From contig CM097887.1 in the NCBI GenBank assembly GCA_044892525.1, positions 34,534,001-34,598,000 of the forward strand: a stretch of DNA of 64,000 nucleotides. The letters run 5' to 3'. The first letter of the stretch is position 1. Each line of letters starts with the position of its first letter. Position numbers and translations under genes: made by a program. Shown here piece by piece: positions 1 through 10,527 of the stretch. The DNA is from Schmidtea polychroa. Taxonomy: Eukaryota. Below the pieces are notes generated by a model that did no database searches, was not told where the DNA came from, and saw nothing but the letters and a program-made list of their open reading frames with translations.

Positions 1-432
1 TCTATCGTCTTTCGCTCTGTTTGAAATAATGTCTCGAACAATCTGTTCATCAGACATTCCAGGCCTAAATACACTTTTAACTAAACTTCTTACTCGTATT
101 TCGAAGACTTGGAATCTTTCATCTCTCTCTTGCTGAATTTGAGCTAGTTCCACAATCTTGTTAGTAATGGTTTTTCTTACTGTAAAAGTTTCTATAAACC
201 ACTCTTTTGCCATTTCATCGGTCATCTTCGCCATTTTCGCCGCTTCCCATAACATCGATGCCGCATCTGTCAACAAAAGATCCAATGCGTCTACTAGACT
301 TTGATCTTCTATTCTCAGCCATTCCATAATATCCTTTAGCCAAAGTTCGGCTTCAGATCCAACTTTTCCGTCAAACTTTCTGACATTAAAATTTAGCATC
401 TCACGTGCTTGTTTTGACAAGGAATCTAACAT
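1..432 (-). CDS. gag: Ty3/gypsy-type Gag, N-terminal part (runs off the window start)
   Basis: Open frame absent from the ORF track because it is open-ended: MLDSLSKQAREMLNFNVRKFDGKVGSEAELWLKDIMEWLRIEDQ...ELAQIQQERDERFQVFEIRVRSLV. It has the retrotransposon gag KFDG..WL and Q..DE motifs and lies just downstream of a PBS. The frame is also open to an ATG at 516. Confidence 0.8.
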   Translation of the reverse strand, partial: MLDSLSKQAREMLNFNVRKFDGKVGSEAELWLKDIMEWLRIEDQSLVDALDLLLTDAASMLWEAAKMAKMTDEMAKEWFIETFTVRKTITNKIVELAQIQQERDERFQVFEIRVRSLVKSVFRPGMSDEQIVRDIISNRAKDDR

Positions 433-473
433 ATTCTTAGTTCCTTTCTTTTTTCCTATCGCATTGATTTCCT

Positions 474-487
474 TGGCGTGGTCGCCA
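474..487 (-). promoter_or_regulatory. Primer-binding site TGGCGACCACGCCA (probably tRNA-Arg type)
   Basis: Begins TGG, lies immediately upstream of gag, and is identical over 14 nt to 28575-28588. It is complementary to a tRNA 3' end with a GACCACG acceptor stem and G discriminator. Confidence 0.75.
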
Positions 488-491
488 GTTA

Positions 492-744
492 TGATGTCTT
501 CAACTTCTAAATTCATAAGATCAATAATAAATGCAGTTAAAATATATTATCCAAAAAAACGCTAAAACAATATTATTAAAACAAACAACTTTCCATAACT
601 TATATAATTTATAATTTATAATGTTAAAAACAAATAATTTCATTTGTTTTAAAAAGTACATTAATAATTCATGAATTCATTAGTTCATAATAATTTTAAA
701 TTATTGTTTTAATTATATATCTTTATAAATTTTTTACTACACCA
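492..744 (-). repeat. Candidate short 5' LTR of the gag element (TGGTG...CATCA)
   Basis: TG...CA termini, a 4-nt spacer to the PBS and TATATAA near 601-608. The start TGGTGTAGTA fits the TGNTGNNGTA start of LTRs B and C. No partner LTR is in the window. Confidence 0.4.
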
Positions 745-809
745 TTTTGAAGTAAGTATTTATTAAGTATTTATTTATTATTTATTAATTATTTATTAAT
801 TTAAGAAGA

Positions 810-1228
810 ATGGCTACAGACGATGATGAAAATGAATCAATTGAAAAAGTTTATCAGAAAAAGACTCAGTTAGAACACATTCTTTTAAGACCAGATTCTT
901 ATGTTGGTTCAATAAAGCCAGAAGAAAAAACATGGATTTTCGATTATGAAGAAAACTGTATGATTGAAAAAAAAATAAATATAATCCAGGCATTTACAAG
1001 ATTTATGATGAAATCCTTGTAAATACTTCGGATAATAAAATAGGAGATATCAACTTTCATGTGCCTACGATGATATTTGGGCAGCTTTTAACCTCAACTA
1101 ATTTCAATGATGATAAAAAACAAGTTACCGGTGTCAGAAATGGCTATGGTGCTAAATTATGTAATATCTTTAGCAAGGAATTTACGATAGAAACGTCTAG
1201 TAAAGAATATGGAAAAAGTTTTAAACAG
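810..1228 (+). pseudogene. TOP2: DNA topoisomerase II 5' fragment (GHKL ATPase region), frameshifted and internally deleted
   Basis: IEKVYQKKTQLEHILLRPDSYVGS, DEILVN, FGQLLTSTNFNDD and RNGYGAKLCNIFS motifs. It ends at a GT donor after SFKQ (1229). Confidence 0.9.
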
Positions 1229-1636
1229 GTAAATATTTATTTTTTATTATTTTTATTCATTTATATGGATATGCGATGCACAATATATTTGTTTTTTAAC
1301 ACTGAGGCGTTCTATGTGTTAATGAATTTTTACTCTTTTGTAGCTGGAATTTTGATAGTCTAAATTTTTTTATTAAATTTAATTCAGTGCCTCATAGAAC
1401 TAGTTTGTGTAGCCTACAACATTTGAAAAAAATTGCTCTACAATGAAAATTTTAGAAGTCGACGAAATGTTGCATTCTAGAAGCATTGAACCACTACAAA
1501 TAGTTTATAACAATCAAACTAGGTCTATTTGTTGATATTGTTTACAAAATTTGAATAAAAAATTGAAATGATTGAGAGAAAACAAAGTACTATTGTAATT
1601 AGACTCAATAGAATATAGCTAGGGTTTTATCAATAT

Positions 1637-4600
1637 TGCTGTGTCACTACTCGGTTGACTATTTCTGCGTTCATTTCCTGGCCTAGGAGATGAATGTCCA
1701 TTTTGATTACTACTATGATCCCTTTGTCAACTCCGAGCAGAGTCTTCAGATAACCTACACTCCAAAATAGCACCCGTGAATTTCTTCGCGTTGGTGATGT
1801 GCTATGCCGTCGAGACGCCAGTAAGCAGGTGAGCCCCTGCCTTAGGACTACTCCTTACTGAGACCTCGACTTCCTACCCTCGACTGCCGATAGAAGGACT
1901 TACGTCTTATTCGAATTGTCCATCCACTTTACTACTCATCGATTTAAATGCAAACTGATACTTTAAACTCTCTCGGGAACACTACTTATTACAATCATCC
2001 AAACTACTCATAAATGAAAAACAAGTGAAAACAGAATCATTTATTGTAACATTGAACATGCGGAATACTAATGCGTTAGATACAACAGAGATATTGGGAT
2101 GAGCGACGATCAAAGAAGGTATAATGAGTTCAGTTAGACAGCCCATCGGATATCAAGATCAGTTCCCGGGAGCAATTCTACTTTCCCAATTCCTCGTCCG
2201 CTAATAATTCTTCTAAGTTAAAAAACTCGGAGGCATTCTCCTCCCAAGTCACTCCAGCGGCGGAGATAATTCGCCCGGAGGTCATTGATGTTGGATCTAT
2301 TGCCGCCGGAGGGGCGCTGGCTTCACTTGCTGGATTCGTCGGTTGTGCAATTTGTTTAGCGGCTATTCGCTCCCGCTGTTTCCTTTTACGCTCGGCTCGT
2401 GATAGTTGCCGGCGTTTTGGCTTCGAGGTTGTTGAGGTAACTGGAAGTGTGGGGGACGTAAGGACGATCGCCGAGGGCCCCTTACTTGTCCCAACGAAGA
2501 TAACCTCTGACCGTTTGGGCGAGAGTTGGGTCTCCACACAGTCGCGGCATGACTTCCTTGCAGGAGGAGACGACTTAGAAGAGGTGTCGTGATGTGGTGG
2601 GAAAAGATTGGCGGCCTCGTTGATCTGTATACTGACTATCTTTTTGGTCGTTGCTGCCTATAAGTACACCTTGTGTAGGGCTTCCAACTACTCCTTTATT
2701 AGGCTTCTCTGGGAGCGGCTCTCGGAGATTAGAGCGTCCCGACAGTGTTCGCTGCGATACAGCCTTTTCTGGACTTCCTTCATTTAAGTGGGACTGAACC
2801 ACGTCCCTTCTAACTCATCTATTTTCCGCTTATACCGTCCAATCTAGGTCTGTAGGTCTTTGATTATCGCATTTTTGTCCGAGCAGGAGAAGCAAGGACG
2901 TAACGCTGTCTTGGCAGTTGGTATCATGATGGCTGTAAAAATGATATTTAGATATAGAGTATATATTATCTGAATAAATCGCGCGTGGCCAATTAGCTAC
3001 TCTCAAAATACTCTACAAAAAAAATAGCTGCGTTAAGTGAAGAAAATTCCCTTTTCCGACAAAATCGTTTCCATCCTATAAGGGATTTCAAAGATTCGAT
3101 TAACTAGGTGATATCGACTTGACGAATGCAAAATCTTGGTACTCATGAATTAATAATTCTAGGTTTTGTTTCAAAAAAAAATGATTGGATTGTAGGCCGA
3201 CATAGATCCTAAAATCACCCTAGTTATCTCGGCAATTTCATTCTTACATATTCGCTACATTTAATAATTTTAATGAAAATAATTTGGTAATAAAGAGGTA
3301 TTATATATCAAAGCGGAATCTCTCTTGTGGGTCGATTATCCTCATCGGTATGAAATTGAAATGACTATTTAGGAACCCCCGGTGACTAGAGTGTGTAGTA
3401 CAGGAGAAAATCCGCATTTATATTTAGTAGTAGTGTAGACAACCCAAATGTTTATAGTGTGCCATTGCTCGATTGATTTACTATCAGTTCTGGGCATTTC
3501 ATGACCTCTCAATTTTTACTTAATGGTAGAAACAAGCATTAGTGAGTTGTACCAGACGGGTAGATAAAATTGAGGCGGCTAGACTCGCGAAATGTCAAAA
3601 ATAATCAACTCTATTCGACTAACATGTTGGATCTACTGATCTAATTTGCCAGGCTGGTGTTCACCTAATTCCGTTAAACCAAAAGAACGATTGAGGGAAT
3701 TTGAGTAGTCAGCCGTCTGCTGATAATAGCCGCGTTATCTGTAATGAGGGTAGTAATCTCTATCTATAAATCCGGGTGCTATTCCGAGTCACTGACACAC
3801 TCGTATGTCGATATACTGGTGGTGAATTGGTATGTGTACTTGGGACAGTCGCATGACAGCTGCCTAGTGGTATGAATGGATTTGTTAGTATTACATATCT
3901 CTTATCTAATATGAATTTTGCCTACTGTTGAATCACTTGTGAAACTGGATGTACTGAGTTTATCTGATGGATGTTAACTTCACAGACATCTCACCGTGTA
4001 TCTAGGTTTCCAAATTCTCACCGTGTGGCTAGTCACAGGAAATCGCTGATCTATGCTGCTGCGATCTCGCATTATGGATTTTTTCTCTATTGTCATGGTT
4101 ACGGGGATTTTTACTGATTATCTAAATGTTCACTGGAAGACAACAACAAGAAGAATTACTAACACTCGGCTCTTTTATTATGCTGTCAAGGTTGGAATTC
4201 ACTCGTTTGGTAGGCCACTGTACTCCTCGCAATTATAATACTACCTCGATGTATTCAATGTGCTGGATGGACGGTTTGTCGAGTTGTTGTTTTTTGAAAT
4301 AAATGTCGTTTAACGGTAGTTTGTATATTTACCTTTGGTATTATGTAATTTATCGAAATTTTCTGATGACCTATGCCTTTGGGAAATTCATCAAGATTGA
4401 GGGTAAGTGGAAAATGTAGATACAAAACGACAGTTACGGCGTTCCAGAACGGGAGTTTCGAAAGTTATTTTATTAGAGCAATATTTTCGGTGACGTATCC
4501 TATAAGATGACACAAAAATTGTCGACGAGTTCGTGAAAACTATGGTATAGATTGATTCAAATAGTATAACTGCTCCAAATCTCCCAAAAAGAACCTATAA

Positions 4601-4734
4601 TTCAGGAATGCGACACCCTCAATCACTGTACGAATCACCTCAAGCTTCTTACATCATTTATTCATCAACTTCTTTAACGCTATGTAACTACTACTTTTCT
4701 AGAAAATTTTCTATATGATTTAGTCGCACGTTCA
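1637..4734 (+). mobile_element. Long LTR, element A (about 3.1 kb, TGCTG...TTCA)
   Basis: Inverted homology to 14768-17492. Similarity begins exactly at TGCTG and both copies end TTCA, followed by a conserved leader. Confidence 0.65.
2178..2927 (-). pseudogene. LTR-embedded antisense ORF (249 codons, coiled-coil N-terminus), 4 in-frame stops
   Basis: Colinear 750-nt homologue of 16188-16937. Stops at 2844, 2784, 2688 and 2658 all align with Gln codons in B. Preceded by TTTTTACAG (2933-2941). Confidence 0.85.
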
Positions 4735-4865
4735 GCGACGGACCCGTGAGGAAGCCCCCACATTTCGGCCCGATTCAGCTGCGTGATTGAAACATTTCGC
4801 ACCCACCGGCTGAGCACCCGAAGGCTCCTCGCACCATGGTACGAAATGTTTCAACTCCACGTCCT
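4735..4865 (+). other. Conserved GC-rich leader at the PBS position of element A
   Basis: GCGACGGACCCGTGAGGAAGCCCCCACAT... is a close inverted match to 14638-14767. Confidence 0.7.
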
Positions 4866-5033
4866 CCAAAACTCGAAAATTCATAAAAACATTAATATCA
4901 AACATAAGTCATAAAAATCCTGAAAATAATACGTTTATTGTTAATCGATACATTTATACATTATCATTAATGAAATTAGGATCAAATGAAGAAAGTAGCT
5001 TAAATTTTTAATAGATTAATAAATAACCATAGA

Positions 5034-7630
5034 CAGCGCCGGTTCGAGATAATTATACGCCCCAGGCGAAAATTATAAAAATCGCCCTATTTTAAAAATT
5101 AGGTACAAAAATTATGATAAAATAAAAAAGTTTAACAAAAAACAATCCATTTATTACTTTATTTCATTTTTTTCGATTGACATATATATAAAAAAAACAG
5201 AATTTATAAGAATGATTTTTTCCTGGCTTTCATGTCTGCAAATTTTTCTATTGCTGCCTCCAAATTTAGGTTTGCTACAACATTATTTTCAATTGAAATA
5301 ATGGCCAAATTATTCAACCTATCTTCCGTCATAGTAGATCGCAAATACGTTTTTATTAGTTTTAATTTACTAAAACTTCTTTCACCACTCGTAACACTAA
5401 CAGGAATTGTTACGAGGATTCGTAAAGCCACCCACAGATTTGGTACTGTACTTTTCAAATTATTATCATTGATAAATTGTAAACATATTAAAGGATCTTT
5501 AACATCATCTGGTACCAATTGCTTCAATGATTCGATTTCCTCGCACAATTCTATTCCATTTATATCACTACTGGCCTCATTTGTTAATTTCAGATGTAAA
5601 TCTTTGCAACTCTTCAGCAAATCACAACGATTTTTATTATTGTGAATATTGAACAAAAAACCCCACGAATCTTCGAAATCTTTCATTTGCTGAAACCTTT
5701 CTGATATAGATATCAACGATTGATCCAGCATAACATTAAAAACATGATTTTTATAATATTTTTCTGGGTCATTTACATCTGGATTTTCATCGTCACACTC
5801 ATAACTAAATTGTTTTTGTCGCCTTCTGATTCTTACAGCTTTAAATTGTGCGTTCACGTTTAATAGCGCAGCGAGATCTTTGGCCGATTTTAAAGCATCA
5901 GAAAAACCGAAGTCTCTATAATTTTCTAGTAAAATCTTACAATTCCGAAGAAGCTCGATGGCGTTACTCATATCAAATGTAGCTTTTTGCAAGGATTAGC
6001 TGACAATATTAAATTTTGACAAAAGTACGTACCAGACAGATAATGTTAACAAAAACTCGAAATCTTCTATTTTTTCAGATAAAGAGCTAGCTTCTGAAAC
6101 AACTGCAGCATCTAATATTGTGTCTTGCAACTCATTTAATGCGTTTCTAATTTCCGTGATTTCAAACATAATTGCTTTAATGCATTCGATTCTACATTCC
6201 CACCTCGTTTCACTTAAAGGTTTAGGATTTAATGATTTAATATGTTTTTTCAATATATTCCATCGTCCAACAGATGCAGCAAACAAAGTATAAATTCTTT
6301 GAACATATCCGAAAAAATTTATGCACATTATTGAAGAAGAAACACTATCACCAATTAGTAGGTTAATTGAGTGACAACCGCAAGGCATAAAAAACGCTCT
6401 TGGATTTTCTTTTAAAATTCTAGCTTGCACTCCTTTAATTTTACCTTTCATATTAGCGCCGTTATCATATCCTTGGCCTCTACAGTTTGCTAATTCCAAA
6501 TTGAATTCTTCTAAACTTTCAGAAATATCATCATATAATCCTTTTCCAGTAGAATCAAAAACTGGTTTAAAGGATACAAAATGCTCTTTTATTTCCATAT
6601 CCTCAACATCATAAAATCTTAACGTTATGGAGAGCTGTTCGATATGGCTTATGTCAGGTGTGCAGTCTAAAATAATCGAAAAATATTTCGATTTACGAAC
6701 AGAATCCAAAATATGACTTCTTGTCATATCACCAAGTGTACTTATTAATTCGTTTTGTATAGTTTTTCCACAATAATGAACATGAATTTCTTGTGAGACC
6801 ACCCTGCGCAAATGCTCATTTAATGGTAAATCAAATTTTCCTAGAAGTTCAACAAGGCCTAAAAAATTTCCATTATGCGGAACAAATAACTTATCACAAG
6901 AACCCCGAAATGCTAAATTATTTTTTGACAAAAATAATGTTATGTTCATTAATCTTTCTAGTACCTTTTTCCAATTATATTTTTCTTGGACTATAAAAGA
7001 CTGCAAATTCTTATCAATAGTTTTATTGCCCTTTAATCTTAATCGAGTTTCTATCCAGTTTTTTTCACATTTTAAATGTGAAACTGACCGTTCGTGCATT
7101 TTCAAGCTGCCGTGAATATTTTTACAATCCCATAAACCAGATTTGGCTAGATTTGACCTTAGCTATGGCATAAATTTATATAAATATATTATATATTTTC
7201 CAATATATTTTTAAAAAATGATCTTAATCTTACCTTACCTCTTATATATTTATATTTTTAAAACAGAATAGGAATACAAATTTAATTTGAACAAACTGCA
7301 ACAACACAACACATTAGTTACACACTTGAAACAAAAAAATTGTTAAAAAAAACTGGTAGCTATAGCTGTTAATTTAACTCGCACATCAGTTTTTGTAATA
7401 CATACATATAATTTTTTTTTATTTCAATTTTCAATACATATCAGAATTTCTCAGAATTGGAAATTCGTATATTTTGCATGTACCTTTTTTTTGTTTTTTC
7501 TTATTTTCAATTTTTTTTAAAACGGTTGGTTTCATAGATAAATTTCAAAATATAAAGTTTTGGAGGCTTATTTTATAATTTACTTTGATTGTTTATAATA
7601 AATTTTGGCGCCCTCTAAAAAAAGGCGCCC
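5034..7630 (-). mobile_element. hAT DNA transposon (ZMYM1-like transposase), one end missing
   Basis: CAGCGCCGG terminus at 5034, GGCGCCC subterminal motifs at 7607-7630, and a transposase with LAFRG, DCTPD, RGQGYDNG and SGERSFSKLKLIK motifs. Confidence 0.85.
5204..7350 (-). pseudogene. hAT transposase, one premature stop (TAA at 5996-5998), with an upstream spliced exon
   Basis: The two track ORFs are in the same frame (NIVS*SLQK). A VLCCCSLF exon lies near 7240-7350 with a GTAAG donor. Confidence 0.85.
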
Positions 7631-7679
7631 TTTTCCAATACAAATCAGAGTTTCACTAAAAAAGCCAAGGATTATTCAC

Positions 7680-8060
7680 ACTATAGTGAGGGGTCTCGAT
7701 GGTCCTGGGAGTTTCAATACAAAAAATTTTTTTCAATAGAAAAATGCGGTCTTCAATACAAAAGCATGGATTTTTCAGACTTTAGTCTTCTTGGTAATAA
7801 ATAATAATATGACCTTGAAAATAATAATAATATTAATAATAATAATAATAGTAATAATAATAATAATGAGATATATGGCTCATTCGAAAGGTCTTGGATT
7901 GTGCTTTAAAATGAGCTATCGTTGAATAATTAAATAGTCAAATGACCTTGAAAATGGTCTCGGGAAAATGTTAATAACTATGCCAATATTAATGATGGTG
8001 ATGACCATTATAGCTCATTCGAAAGGTCTTGCACCAAGCTTCAAAACATCCCCACAAATA
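7680..8060. repeat. Unclassified repeat with TGACCTTGAAA and CATTCGAAAGGTCTTG duplications and an (AAT)n tract
   Basis: Each motif occurs twice within 250 bp. TGACCTTGAAA also occurs near 42997 and 53725. Confidence 0.4.
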
Positions 8061-8287
8061 TTTGTTTTAAAAGTTTTTTTTATTAAATTTATGAATTTTT
8101 TGAAATAATTTTAAATAAATTCAATTAATGTATTTCCATTCTTATCAACCTTCTTATCTATGCCAATTCTCAGTATTTACCTCTCATGATGTATGCGGCT
8201 ATAACGAAAATACACCCAAAAACACTCCATATACTACATTAATCAGGATCGAGACTAGACGAAAAGTCAAACGACGGAAACTCCACA

Positions 8288-9927
8288 ATGGATTGGGCAA
8301 CCATACAGCCAAACTTGGAAATGATCAGATTCATCTGCAAAAACGCGACAAAAGAAGTTGAAAACATCTGCAAAAATACATCCCAATTTCAGTGGAATAC
8401 GGTACGGAAAAATCTAGAAGCAATGAAATTATTACTAACATGGAGAGTACCGCACAGTAATAAATACGCGATAAACGTAAACGAATTTTATGAGAACGGC
8501 GAAAATGCGATGGTCAAAAATACATTAACTAAAGGGGGGACACCTAAAATTATACTAAGTGTATTAAATAGAGAAGACCTGAGATTCACAAGAAACCAGA
8601 ACGAACAACAACGAATTGGAAAATACCGCCGTATACAACTAAGAGAATTAGTAAAAGAATTGAACCGGAAAAGACACGCAGTAACCGGAAGGAAGGAATT
8701 CGAATTTGAGGCTAAATTAGCAAGAAACAGAGTACTGACAGCATACCGAAGATTGTTGAACGATATAAATGTCGAGGACGACATTTTAAACGACAGCGGG
8801 GGAGATAAATACGATGATAACGATGGAAAAGGTCGAAAGAAGGACAAAGAGAAAAGAAAACCGGAAGAGGATAACCCGGAAAATAAAGACCCAGGTACGG
8901 GAAAAGAGGGAAACAACCCGGAAAACAAGATGAAAGAGGAGGAAAAACCAAATAATGGAAAACAGAGGGTATGCCTACCTTTCACCAACAAAGAAATAGA
9001 AACAAATATGATACTAATGATAATTGTACTAACCATGATAGAGGTAGTAACAGCCCATGGAGGGACGAGAACGATAAAAGAGACCAAAGAAGCGGAAAAT
9101 CACAGGAGAGGAACTAAAGCAGGAAAAGAAAAAGCAAGTGCAGGAGCAACAATGGGATCTGAAAGAGGAATGGGATTTAAAGGAAAGATGTATACTAGGA
9201 AGATGCATGTCCCGAGCATATCAGAGATTAGTGTTGATAAACGAGGATACAGAACCGATAACGGAAGTAGGAATACAAGAAGCATACCAACATCGAAACA
9301 AAAAGAGAATAACGAAAGCCAAATGGAAAGAGGTGCACCTAGGAAAAGGAGGTGAAATAGTGATAACACAACTCCAACCAAGAAAAGAACACCGAGTTTG
9401 TATTTCAAGGCTAGGACCAGGAGAGAACTGCCTACAATATGTGACGCAGCAACAGCCACCAAAGAAATACACGGTCTGTATCTTGAGAAAAGGACCAGAG
9501 AAGGAATGCAGACGGTATCCAGGGAAAAGAGGAAAGAAAAGAAAAACTAATGACGAAGGAGACGACGAATGAAAACGCAAGAAAACCAACGAGAAAAACC
9601 AAGACAACTACGTATCAGAAGAAGAAATGGAAAAAATACGAAAAATGGCAAAAGAGGAAAAATCTGAAACAACGAGTACAGTGACAAAAAATGGAGACTC
9701 AGAGATCATCAGCGTAAAGCATGAATCAGCGGAATAATAATAACAGGGGCATTTTTAATCATAACGGGGGGAACAATAAAATCATCAAAGATAGACGACA
9801 TCGCGGAGAACTGGAGTTGACCAGAATCAGAAATTTTCAACATCGAATAAAAAGACCCAGTAAAATAAGTCAAGAGCAGTGGATGGAGACCTGGAGTACC
9901 CAGCGTCCCCCGAATCCACAAATATAG
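8288..9927 (+). pseudogene. Large accessory ORF of unknown function, broken into several frames
   Basis: Track ORFs 8288-9355, 9138-9572 and 9721-9927 overlap or continue in frame with the same A-rich codon usage. Confidence 0.55.
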
Positions 9928-10084
9928 AAAGGATTATGACTGTATATAATTGTAAAAAGTAAGTATATCTTATGTATATAACAGTATCATATTTTTATAT
10001 AAGCGCGGTATCATTAGTATATAAAGATCGGGAGAACCATATAAAATTAAATAAAACCAAGTTGAGAATGTATATAAATTAAGA

Positions 10085-10444
10085 ATGGAGCAAAGAAATA
10101 ACGAAATAAATCACAACACGACAACCGAAAATATGTGGAAGCAACAATGTGCCGTTTTAGCACAACCAGTATCTAGCCTACAAGAGCAAGGACTTACAAT
10201 GCAAAGGAACCTAGTTGATAGTCTAAACAAGGGATTTAGCTATTTAAAGATAATTGAGGATCAGAGGTCAATAATCGAACAAATGCAGAGAGAGATAGAA
10301 CGGATAACAAGATACAGCCAGAGACAGGAAGAAGAGTTAGTGAGAATGGCGGAAGAAGCAGAATACGAAGAGATGAAAGATTGGTCAGAATGGTTAATGA
10401 GCAGAGAAGAGGGCGGACAAGAGACCGACTCTTCTGAACCATAA
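10085..10444 (+). CDS. Accessory coiled-coil protein, 119 aa
   Basis: Intact ORF rich in Q/E heptads, bounded by AT-rich spacers. Confidence 0.6.
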   Translation: MEQRNNEINHNTTTENMWKQQCAVLAQPVSSLQEQGLTMQRNLVDSLNKGFSYLKIIEDQRSIIEQMQREIERITRYSQRQEEELVRMAEEAEYEEMKDWSEWLMSREEGGQETDSSEP

Positions 10445-10527
10445 ACAAAACCTAAACTAGATGTAAATAATGGTAAATAAAATATCGAACCTGTATCGAT
10501 AAGAACTATATGTATATAATTGTAGGC

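Noticed and set aside
487-600. 114-bp errantivirus-style LTR AGTTATG...CATAACT
   Set aside because: It would exclude the TATA-like motif. A 7-bp inverted match in AT-rich DNA can be chance, and the TG...CA alternative fits the family better.
2658-2846. TAA/TAG reassigned to Gln (variant genetic code)
   Set aside because: The 668-aa NHE and the SIL1 exons contain no in-frame TAR, and HDHD5 ends at TAA at the homologous position.
4353-4398. Hammerhead-like CTGATGA...GAAA in LTR A
   Set aside because: Stem II has only 2 bp with an inverted closing pair, and the motif is not conserved in LTR B.
8488-9607. Minus-strand hydrophobic ORFs (8488-9087, 9100-9462, 9221-9607 and similar)
   Set aside because: Shadow frames of the A-rich plus-strand ORFs; the F/L/S richness is compositional.
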